This document shows, piece by piece, positions 39,070 to 49,329 of a stretch of 64,000 nt of DNA. Made by a program: the position numbers and the translations under genes. This DNA is from Schmidtea polychroa. Lineage: Eukaryota. The stretch lies in contig CM097885.1 in NCBI GenBank assembly GCA_044892525.1, positions 20,524,001 to 20,588,000 on the forward strand. The letters are read 5' to 3'. Numbering within the stretch: the stretch's first letter is position 1; every line of letters starts with the position of its first letter. The notes under the pieces were generated by a model. That model did not search any database and was not told where the DNA came from. It worked only from the letters and a program-made list of their open reading frames with translations.

Positions 39070-39716
39070 ACACCAGCTAATACTGATGGGTCTACTCGAA
39101 CTCTTCTCACCAATAATTTTGCATCAATTAATTGGCATATTGGTGCACCTGCAATAGTAAGAGATAATGCAGAATCGGACCTTTTCAGTCTAATGTGTAC
39201 ATTAACACCTGGTAGTAGATATTTCGGTTGATCCATAAAGTCGAGTTGTAATGATGAACACATGGTGAATAATTTTGAGCCTTTTACCCACTTTTTTCTT
39301 TCATCATCTATTGCTGCATAACCCATAGGTGTAAGACAGGTATTTTTAGTATCTGAATTGTAATTTAAAATAGTTTCTATCAAAGCCTTGTGAATGAATG
39401 TAATATTTCCGCCCTCAATCTTTATATTATTAAATCCCAACACTGCATCCTTAAACAGAGTATGAAACAGGAAATTGTTCGGTATTACATCTGAATTGGC
39501 ATCCAAAACTTTTCTACAACCTTGATCTGAACAGTCAATAAAGTATCGTTCAAATCTAAATATTCAGTTTGCGAACCATTAATATAAAACTCGATATCAT
39601 TTCTACTATCAGTAATTGAATTCATAGGGAAAACTTCCTCAAAAGCCCCAAATTCGATTATCCCTTTGAGGCGATGTTCTATCAAATATACATAATTCGG
39701 ATTTACCACAAATCAT
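39070..39716 (-). pseudogene. Polinton major capsid protein (PY), N-terminal part
   Basis: MICGKSELCIFDRTSPQ / EEVFPMNSI..IEFYINGSQTEYLDLNDTLL / NNFLFHTLF..KALIETILNY..DFMDQPKYLLPGVNVHIRLKRS; two frameshifts. Confidence 0.88.
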
Positions 39717-39729
39717 TTTGCAAATATAG

Positions 39730-40072
39730 TTCCATGTTCTTTCATTCGTTTGTTTATACGCGATATTCATGGCCTTTACGGGTTGGACCTGGGGCTGGAG
39801 GCGTATCTTTTTAAAACATACCTGCAACTCCAGGTAGAACCTTCCCTAACTCAGCTAAAGCATTTGTTTTTAGGGATGTTAATATTTTCTGTTCATTCAT
39901 AATCACGTTTATAGCAGTTTTCATACCAAAACTACCAATACGTTAAGAATAGGAAGTGCAAATCTCCCTATTTTTCTAACCAACCTGATCCGTACTGTTT
40001 ACCAATGAAATATGGTAACTCACCGCCAGATTGGCTATCACTATACATACTAATAATATCTGAATTAGCCAT
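39730..40072 (-). pseudogene. Small Polinton virion core/membrane-lytic-like protein
   Basis: MANSDIISMYSDSQSGGELPYFIGKQYGSGWL / IGRFALPIL; lies between the minor and major capsid genes; ATG overlaps the penton stop region. Confidence 0.65.
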
Positions 40073-41070
40073 CTACTTTACGAAAATGTAATGTCAAATG
40101 AGTTTTCGAATCTTTCGGAAAGTTTATAAGGTTTCCACTATCGTCACGAATATTTATTTCGATATTTTTTATACATGAGCTTGAAATTGGTAAATACATG
40201 GGATTATCGATATTTATATTGACAACTTCATCGTGTTCATATCTTCCAATCCATATCGATTTCAAAAGAGGAACACTGGAATCACCAACAATTATGGGCT
40301 CAATAATATTAGTATATATGAACATTTGTTGATGATATTCAAGTATTCTTGGTTTACGTATACCAGCCGGTTTTTACCGATGTTGTTGCTTCTCTAATCC
40401 AAGTGTATTTGTCAAATTTTTATCAAATGTAACTTCACAAATGTCATCATTCAAACTGAAGGTAAATAACAAATCTTTCACAATGTCCAAACTTTTAAAT
40501 ATGTGTGAACAATTGTACCTTAAATATTTAAGTAACACATCAAGTTTATCAATATATAATTCCTCAGCAAAGGTGAATGATTCTTCAACTTCATTATTAT
40601 ACGACACTGATATTTTGATTTCTTCTTTCATTACACTGTTTGCTTCAAATAGTTCAAAACGTAATATATATTCTGTTTCCATAACATCATTTTTCAACTT
40701 ATTGCAACTCATTCGTTTGGCATCTTTAATAGTTTCGAATGTTATTGTTAATGGTTTAAAATTACAACTGATATTTAATCCATCCTTGTAAAACATATAG
40801 CAATGCCGATCTAATATTTGATTCGGAATATGATGTTTTATCATAATTACTGATAACAAAGATGTTTTCAGAACATTCTTTTTGAAATAAATCTTACATT
40901 GACTATAAAATGGGAATGTATTGTACACGAATGTAAAATCTTGCAGTGCAACTTCCCAGTCACCATTTAAAGAAATCGGATTCTGGAGATTGACCATGAA
41001 TTTGCTGGCTTGATTATCTGGATGAATTAATGGGCAGCTATTGCTTGGTAAAATAGTATAAAAATTCACT
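40065..41070 (-). pseudogene. Polinton minor capsid protein (penton, PX)
   Basis: FYTILPSNS..PDNQASKFMVNL..LNGDWEVAL and MFIYTNIIEPIIVGDSSVPLLK..YLPI..IEINIRDDSG..LHFR; frameshift near 40375. Confidence 0.9.
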
Positions 41071-41335
41071 TTACTTGGTCCTTTTCTGATATCCATGGTG
41101 GCTTTTGATATCCATGCCACTTGACATAGTATTGTTTATCCTTGCCGACCTTTTTAGTTTTCAATATTTTTTTGAATTCTAAATACTTTTGGAGGAGGAA
41201 TAACTTGTAATTCTTGCTCATAAAATTTTCCTTGTACAATATTATTATCATTGTCTTTGATGACATACATTACAAGACTCTGGCTAGTATTTATTTTTGA
41301 AATTACAAAGACTTCATCACTCCAATTTGTATGTT
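41066..41335 (-). pseudogene. Polinton retroviral-like integrase C-terminus with chromodomain (catalytic core deleted)
   Basis: TNWSDEVFVI..YVIKD..QGKFYEQELQ..FRIQK / ILKTKK..QYYVKWHGY..WI. Confidence 0.85.
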
Positions 41336-41607
41336 TTATATGCTCTTGTTGGGCATCATTTCTGCATTGGTTTGTTCAAACTGTATGCAAGCTGGTCTGA
41401 TAACCATTTCTGGGTTTCCTTTTTCGAATTCAGAACTCTTTTCTTTAATTTTGCGACTCCACCGAAACCTGCTTCGTCTTAGGGGTTCGTCCAAATCTTC
41501 TCCATTACAACAAGAAGATTTAATATTAAATTTAATGTCGGGTAATGAAGGATTACCACTCATTGTTTATGATCGACTTCCTATTATTCCACCTAATAAT
41601 TATATCG

Positions 41608-42057
41608 CTAAAGGTATGCACCGATAAATCCCCCTTGTTGTTTATATATAATTTTTCTCATTTGTTGACGATTTTTATTATTTACTAATGATAGCAAAGG
41701 TTTCCTATGTTTATTCAATAATTGCTTTTTGGATTTACTGATTTTAATCTTGCCTTTGACTACTTTAAGTATAATATCGAGTAAATCATCGACAATATAA
41801 TTTGGGAATATTTGCAAAATACTGTTTCTTTTAATACTTGGTGCCTTTAACAATGTATTAAAAAGCGGGAAACTCCGATGATTTTTAACAACTTTTACTT
41901 TCTTATTAGTTTTACTTTTAGGTTTAGGTTTAGGATTTTTCGAAATAAGATTCATTGCAGGAAAATTTTCTGTAATAAGTTCTTTAGATGGAGTATAACT
42001 AGTTGTTGGTGGAACTCTTGGTTGTTTTTTACCTGATATCCTTGTTTTTGAAAACAT
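41608..42057 (-). CDS. Basic Polinton conserved protein (putative core protein)
   Basis: Lys-rich ORF ending IILKVVKGKIKISKSKKQLLNKHRKPL..IYKQQGGFIG, immediately downstream of the ATPase. Confidence 0.65.
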   Translation of the reverse strand: MFSKTRISGKKQPRVPPTTSYTPSKELITENFPAMNLISKNPKPKPKSKTNKKVKVVKNHRSFPLFNTLLKAPSIKRNSILQIFPNYIVDDLLDIILKVVKGKIKISKSKKQLLNKHRKPLLSLVNNKNRQQMRKIIYKQQGGFIGAYL

Positions 42058-42059
42058 GA

Positions 42060-42708
42060 TTTATATGTTTTCAACTTTGTTTTGAACTTTTTTTATAAAC
42101 CAATGCACCTTTTGGGTTAAAATATCGATTTTTACCCGTATATCATCAGGACATTGTTGCGTGAAATCGAGAAATATATACCCATGTCGTATTTTCGTAG
42201 CATTTTGAAATGCATTGATAAGAAAATTACGGTTATTATAGTATGCTTGTCGTCCAAGAAAATCAATGACAGTTGCATCTCTAGGATTCTTGAAAACAAC
42301 TAAATATTGTACATTTAAATTACATGTTCGATGTGCATTACCTTGATAAAATAGATTTTGTGTTATGAAAATAACTGTTACATCAACATGTCTGCTGATT
42401 TATGTGAATAAATTATTAAAATCGTTTTCTTTATTGGCTTCTTGATACAAATCATTAATTTTGATGACATCATCTTTCTTCAAACGACTTGACAAGTTTT
42501 TATCAAATCCCTTTACTATTTTCATGTTTTTCAACTGACAGAAACTTGATTGCGTCAATCCATGTTCTTCGTTGGCACCCCTATGCCAATAAATATTGTT
42601 GAATTTTGTTTTGAACAAATTTTATTTTAGTAATTTACAAACAAATAATGTTTTTCCGCTACCACTCGGACCAGCGATTTGGTATACTGCATCTTTTCTT
42701 AATTCCAT
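42060..42708 (-). pseudogene. FtsK/A32-like DNA packaging ATPase
   Basis: MELRKDAVYQIAGPSGSGKT (Walker A), VIFITQNLF..RTCNLNVQYLVVFKNPRD..LGRQ..GYIFLDF; stops and frameshift. Confidence 0.92.
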
Positions 42709-42814
42709 TTTTAATTTTAAACTATATAATTATTGTTTATATAGATAATTTAAATGAACTCCTTTTAAAAATAACTATATATGTGTATCTGAGTTTTATA
42801 ATTATTTCATTAAA

Positions 42815-43190
42815 ATGCTTTCAAATATAAATTACAGGGCAAAAGCTGATATATCGAAAATGGTATTTCCAATGGGGACACCACAACAAATTATCAATAG
42901 AACTAATAAATATCCCATAATATATTTGAAAACTGGTAAATGTAGAATTACGGGGTGTAAGGAAATAATCAAAGCTAGTGAATATAATGTTTATGATTTA
43001 AAAATACAATCGATAACCGTAACTTCCGATATAGATTTTTCTTGTAATTTAAATAAATTGGCTAAATTAATACCATGCTTTTACGAACCAGAATTATTTC
43101 CAGCATTGAGATATATAAAATATAACCCTGTGTGTAAATATATTCGCTAGCGGTAAGATAGTAATTCTTGGAATAAAAAATATTGATTGA
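42815..43190 (+). pseudogene. Compact TATA-binding protein (TBP)-like gene within the Polinton, one frameshift
   Basis: IIYLKTGKCRITGCK (cf. TBP LIFSSGKMVCTGAK), LKIQSITVTSDIDFSCNLNKL (cf. [21 protein letters not shown]), YEPELFPALRY. The shifted frame continues CVNIFASGKIVILGIK (cf. LLIFVSGKVVLTGAK). Confidence 0.85.
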
Positions 43191-43276
43191 AATGCATCAT
43201 TCTAATTGGTCGATATCTAATTGGCTGTTGATTGTTTAAAACATGATGTTTCTTCATTTAATATCAGTTTTTAAAA

Positions 43277-43640
43277 ATGTACAATATTCCAAGCGCTGCA
43301 AAGTCAATGGCTGAGATTGATCATCATGGTAAATTTTTTAATTTATTAAACACATTTTTTATAACTATTTATTTTCAGCTAAGTATTCTGTAGTAATGAT
43401 TGAGAGGTTAACATTCTATTATCCACAACTTCAATTGATTTAAAGGATCCTGGACTAGTATATAATGCAACCAGGATCAAAATTTTCGATCTGTTTAATG
43501 AGTTTGTATGGGACGTGAAGAATAACAGAATGCAGTATGAAATGGACACCGAAGCGCTCTGCAACAAAAGGTGCCCGTACTGCATCGATAGATATCAGTG
43601 GTATGTGGAATGGGCTGTAGTGAACGCTCTTAGAACATAG
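43277..43640 (+). pseudogene. Unknown small Polinton gene with candidate 50-nt intron
   Basis: ATG..DHH G|GTAAAT (43329) to ttttCAG (43378). Downstream frame IDLKDPGLVYNATRIKIFDLFNEFVWD..LCNKRCPYCIDRY..RT* needs a frameshift. Confidence 0.4.
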
Positions 43641-43721
43641 TACTTCAGCAGAATTGTTGACCTTGGCTGGTTTAATAAATCTTTATGTTTTCAGCGTTCT
43701 CTTTTATATAGATGACCAAAA

Positions 43722-43787
<66 letters not shown>

Positions 43788-43940
43788 TCAATAATTATAA
43801 TAATGTAAAACATGTGACAATGCAATATCAATACAAATTGAATGCAATAAAAACAAAGACATGCTGCAATCTGATTGGATGATAAACAATAGTCAAAGGT
43901 ATGAAAACCCTGTACCATTTTATTTTAATCATAATTCGCG

Positions 43941-44361
43941 ATGACAAAGAAAGTTTCAAGTACTGAAAAACCAAAAGTTGTTCCAGAATTTGTACAACCT
44001 GTTCAAATGTTCCACAACTACAAAATGTATTTTTTAAAAGAAGAAATCAATATGAAATTGGTTTCACCGATCAAGCTAATTCCTACTCAATTTCAATTCT
44101 TATCCGGCATACTTTCAATGATAGATATTAAATCTATTGACGAGGTTTTCAAACGGTTGAATACGAATCTATCATGTAATCAACATGCATTTTTCAATAA
44201 CCGATATGCAAGATTTTGTGATTCCTTTGATGAAATTAGCTTCAAAGAAAACGAAAATTGGTATATAACAATTGCAATCCAATGATATAAAGTTGATAAT
44301 AATGATGTGTATTCTCCAATATGGAAAATTATGTCTGCTAGACTTTCACAGATATTTTAAT
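43941..44361 (+). pseudogene. Unknown Polinton ORF upstream of PolB (possible OB-fold SSB)
   Basis: 114-aa ORF that continues past one TGA as YKVDNNDVYSPIWKIMSARLSQIF*. Confidence 0.45.
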
Positions 44362-44464
44362 AAATGTTGATGTATTTAATAAATGTATTTAGTTATATTT
44401 GTTTTTCACTTATTTTCTATATTAATGCCGACATTCTATAAACAAATATACACTATAGTTTTAA

Positions 44465-46300
44465 AATGTTAATAATGACTACAGAAAAAAGTTAATATGA
44501 TTAGTTGATTATCGAATTATTAATTATTTAGAATTTGTAATAAACTTTTTATTGGAAAAATTAGCAGAAATATCTGGTGTAAAAATAGAGGATATATTAT
44601 CAATTTTAAATTCATTAAATATAGACTGGGTATCAGAGAGTGAAGATTCAGGATTTGATGAAACTGATGAAGAAAACACTCAAGATGATGAGGAAATCAT
44701 TCAAGAAATTGATGAACCTATGGAGGAATTTACGGATATTGAACCGCGTGTATATAACGATTGTATAGATCAGTGTTTCCCAACGTGGGGCCCACGCCCC
44801 ACTTGGGGGAAATTTCGATTTCCAGGGGGCAATTTGTATTTCCAGGGGGGCAATTTCAATTTTAGGGAATATATGTTAATTTTAGGTTTGAGTTACGTTT
44901 TCTTTATTTTCTTCAGTAAAATTCGAGAATAGTCTACGAAATTTTAATATCCAATTCTTATTTAGTTTTATGTCTTTTTATTATAGATCGAAAAAATATT
45001 CTTTTCATTATATTTTTAGTAAGAAAATTTTTGGGTTTTATCTAAGCAGAAGATCATCTTTTTCATTATCTTCTGTTTATAATTAAACAGTATGGTAAGC
45101 ATAAAAACAATAGATAATGAGTAAAATCGTGTTAAAAGATTCAATTCTTTATTTTTCATCCGAATATATAGAAGAAATCGCTGAGATTCAAAACGATGAA
45201 TCAATAAAAAATCTGCTTGGTTTGAAAGGGATAATGGCATGGCTTAGCGATGAGATGAATAAAAAATATCCAATGTCAACATCTTATGCAAGAAAATTAT
45301 TATTACCATTTCCCACTACCTATTTATCTGAATGTGGATTTAGTGTAATTAATGATTTACTTATCAAGAAGAGAAATCGTTTAGATATCATCGAAAGAGG
45401 AGATCTAAGGCTTAAACTTACCAACTTCGAACCTAATATTAAATCACTCTGCAGTAACCATTAGAGTCAATTGTCTCATTGAATAAAAAAATTAATCTTT
45501 ATCTATTAATTACGTATTTCAATAAAAATAGTTGGAAATTTTTTAAAAACTGTAAAATGTTTTGCATAGGGGGGACAAAAGAAAAAAAATTCAGCTAGGG
45601 GGGACATGAGCTAAAAAGGTTGGGAAACACTGGTATAGATCATGTTGTTGAAAATGTTATGAAATGTGGAGATGATGAATGTGAATGTGTTAATAAATTT
45701 TAGTTTGAGTGTATATTTAAAGTATATTATTACCCACACATTACCATTTAAAATTAAATCCACACATTACACACGATTATTAGAAGAGTTGCAAAAATAT
45801 CACGACGAATTCAACTGCGAAATTAATATTGTTCCTGGGGACACTGATTCCTTCTTCTTGGAAATTAAACATTGTAGTCTTGACATTTTTTTACCTGCGA
45901 AGATTAGGGATCAATTATTAGACACTTCGAATTATGACCCAAATCATCCTTTATATAGTATGAACCTTGATTCTGTCATTGGTAAATTCAAAGACTAGAA
46001 TAAAGGACTATTATATAAAGATTGGGTGTTCTTGAGACCTAAATGTTCCAGTTTAATGGGTAATGAGGAAAGTATGAAGGCTAAGGGGATTAGTATGAAA
46101 GATACTGAACTAACACATCAGTCGTATCTAGATTGTTATTTAAACGATAAAATATACACAGTCCCTCAGTTTAGAATAACATTGAAGAATCACCAACTTT
46201 AAAAATAATAAAAGAGCCTTGACATGTAGAGATGATAAGCGAAATTGGGTGGATAAAAATCAAAGTATGGCATATGGTCATTATAGGGGCGGTGACACCG
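44465..46300 (+). pseudogene. Protein-primed family B DNA polymerase remnants (large internal deletion, hAT insertion)
   Basis: GDTDSFF, LDTSNYDPNHPLY, IGKFKD*, FLRPKC, KAKGI, YLDC, RALTCRDDKR..AYGHY at 45830-46285. Assignment of the acidic N-terminal piece (44550-44770) to the same gene is inferred. Confidence 0.88.
44771..45632 (+). mobile_element. hAT (Charlie/Buster-type) deletion derivative
   Basis: TIR CAGTGTTTCCCAAC, perfect 8-bp TSD GTATAGAT. ORF 45117-45464 is the hAT dimerisation domain (LLPFPTTYLSECGFS..KKRNRLDI..DLRL). Confidence 0.96.
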
Positions 46301-46455
46301 ATATATTTATAGATTCAACAGAAGCTGTCTCGGCAGATGATCCAGATGATTTCCATGATTCAGCAGATGACGATTATTTTGGACATGATTATTTTCGATG
46401 ATGTGGTTAAAATATATAATAAATGTATTGATTTTATTGCCTTGAATATTTTTAG

Positions 46456-46604
46456 CAGTACCTTTGCGACCAGTACCTTTTTACGATCAGTACCTTTACG
46501 ACCAGTACCCATAGAGGGACAGAATATTTTGTCGGATAAACTCAGACTATATATGATAATAATATTCCCCGCGCGCTTAATAATACTTTGAACTTGTATT
46601 TGAA

Positions 46605-46682
<78 letters not shown>

Positions 46683-47281
46683 TTACGACATGTTGAGTGT
46701 GAGTAGTATCTTTGTGAGCAGTACCCTTAGGGGTACAGAATATCTGATAATAATGCAAAGTATGTGCAAAGTTTGTGCAATAATTTTATTATGTCTTTGT
46801 TAATTAAGTTAACTTAAGCGTCAAAATTTGTTTTTAAAATATATTTAAATTTTAAAATACCGCAACATAATATATTTAATAATGAAAAAGTATGATGAGT
46901 CATATCTCATTGTTTCTTAAAATGTTTTTTTATGTAATAGTTCTTTGTTACGTAATATGACTTTGTTTAAATTGATGACTCATATGTCTTTGTTTCTTAA
47001 ATTCTCTTTGTTGTGTAATATTTCTTTGTTTCTTAGAATACTTTTGTTTCTTAAATCGTCTTTGTTATGTAATAAGTCTTTGTTATGTAATATAATTTTT
47101 ATTATGTAATAGTTCTTTTTTGTGCAACTCTCCTATGTTACGTAACATATCTTTGTTACCTAATGGTTCTTCGTTACATAATTAAAAATACCTCTTATGG
47201 GGTGGGTATGAGGTAATTTCTTTTGTGACGTCATCACATATGTAATAGTTCTTTGTTCCCGGGTCAACACTTTACCCTACT
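46456..47281. repeat. Polinton right terminal region with short repeats
   Basis: CAGTACC repeats at 46456, 46471, 46488, 46503 and 46719; many TCTTTGTT(A/T).GTAATA repeats across 46900-47260; ends in CTACT. Confidence 0.7.
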
Positions 47282-49035
47282 GCCAGCATATATTTTGAAC
47301 CCTAAAATACATATTTTTTAAAAACTATGAAAAAATTAGATAAATTTTCTTAAAAATTGTTGAAATCATTCTTAAACTTTGGCCGTTACATACATACACG
47401 CCCACATCCACTTTTTATACTTTAAAAGTGTGTGTATTACTTATATATATAATATTATTGTTTACTTATTCATAGTCAAATATTTTCTATTAAATACAAT
47501 GTCAATAGAACAGAAATCAGAGGTGAAAATTTAAAAAGATTTTATAATAATATTTAAACTATATAGTGTATAAGTGACTTGTATGTTCATTAATAAAACT
47601 ATATGTATGCGACTTGTATATTTAATTAAACTACATAATATATGTATGTGAACTAAATGAAATAAACGACACCATCAAAAAAACTTTTAAATTTTGTGAA
47701 AAATTAATAAATTTTAATTGACCTATAAAAAAATACTAGTTTTTTAGAAAAAAATGTCCTCATCATGGTAGGTTGATATAGTGGAGATCTGATTCAGTGA
47801 TGGCCAATCCATTTATTTTTATCATATATCATTGAAAATATTGAGGATATCTAAATAATAAAATTAAATAATAGTAGCAATTGTAATATTGAATTATTTG
47901 TATCGCGTAAATTGACAATTAATTGTGTTGATCAATAAAAGTTAATATTTTTTGAAATTCGTTATTGTTGTCAATTAAGGCACGCTTTGGAGTCAGATAA
48001 ATGAATATTAATTTCACATATCACAACCCTAATAAAAATAATCAATTTTATTATTTTAAAATTGGTTTTAAATTTTAAATTTAGAAAAATGTTTAAAATT
48101 CCAGTTTGAGAAAATAAGCAATTAAAATATTAAATTTTCTTTCCATTGCAAATGTAAATCAAATAAATTTTGCATGCAATGTCCATTCATTGAGAGAATG
48201 GCAATAATGGCAGTATTGTTGCAAATGCGATTGAAACAATTTTATAAATCTAATTCATTTAATTGTAGAAATTTCTTTTCCCATTCAAAATTCCATTAAA
48301 GATTTTAAAATGTCGATATCAAATAATAAAATAAATAATTTCTCAGATGAAATTCTTTATCTTATAAATTATTAAGTATACTTAAAATGTGAAAAACAAT
48401 AAAATAATTATTAATTCCTGGTAAGATTGAAAAATTATAAAATGCGCAATAATTTTGTGTTTACATTTTGTTATTATTCATTTTTATGAATTCATCAAAA
48501 GAAATTATTTTGTATATTCGATATTTCATCTATTTGTGTGACCTTGAAATTTGTTAATTTCTATTTTAGTACTGTTTTTTTTTAATTTTATTATGTTCAA
48601 TTCTTCATTACAATGATTATTTACATAAAAACCAATATATACCATTTTTTTGTTCCATTGTGATTCTCACGTAATGTGCTGCCAGATTTTGCGAATATAT
48701 GTTTAATTACTGATGCTAAGTATAAATTATACTGTATAATAACTATCGTATTTTCTCGCATGTAACTCGCGGGTTATTTTTGATTATTCCTAAAGTTTTC
48801 GTTTTTATTAAATCTCGCATTCATTTAGGTATTTAGGTATGGGCAAGAGGCAAAATAGTTTTTTTATTAATTGTCTTGCATGAGATCTAATCCCCACTCA
48901 ATTAATTCAAACAATGTTATATTTCCATTTGCGTATGCGTTAATAATAACAAATATGCTTAATAACATTTGCTAGAAACTGTAAATGGAATCGTATATTT
49001 CAAACTTTTAAAACTGTCTTGTTATACATAATTAT

Positions 49036-49329
49036 TGTAAGGAGTTAGTAAACCTCTATATAAAATTATTATGGTTAAATGGTAGAAGTGAGATCAGTTA
49101 GTAGAAATAATTATTTCTGTTAAATTTGTATATTTAAATTCTATATTAAATTATATCATATTATATTAAATTATATTAAATTAAATCAATTAAATGTATG
49201 ACCGGTAATTACATTAATATTAATAATTATCACGCCTCGGTGTTTAAATATTCTAGTAAACGGCACAATTTTTGAAGTTGTTATAAAAATAAATGCTTGA
49301 AGAAGACTTGAATTTAATTGCGTCTAACA
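49036..49329 (+). repeat. 5' LTR of Gypsy copy B
   Basis: Direct repeat of 53756-54049. Confidence 0.97.

Larger units (their letters stand above)
35073..47281. mobile_element. Degraded Polinton/Maverick (adintovirus-like) endogenous virus
   Basis: Clustered protease, MCP, minor capsid protein, integrase-chromodomain, ATPase and pPolB remnants. Right end has subterminal repeats and ends ..CCCTACT (5'-AGTAG on minus). Left terminus not found. Confidence 0.92.

Noticed and set aside
46456..47260. Short interspersed repeats as a CRISPR-like array
   Set aside because: Units are short, degenerate and irregularly spaced; they fit Polinton subterminal repeats, and there are no cas genes.
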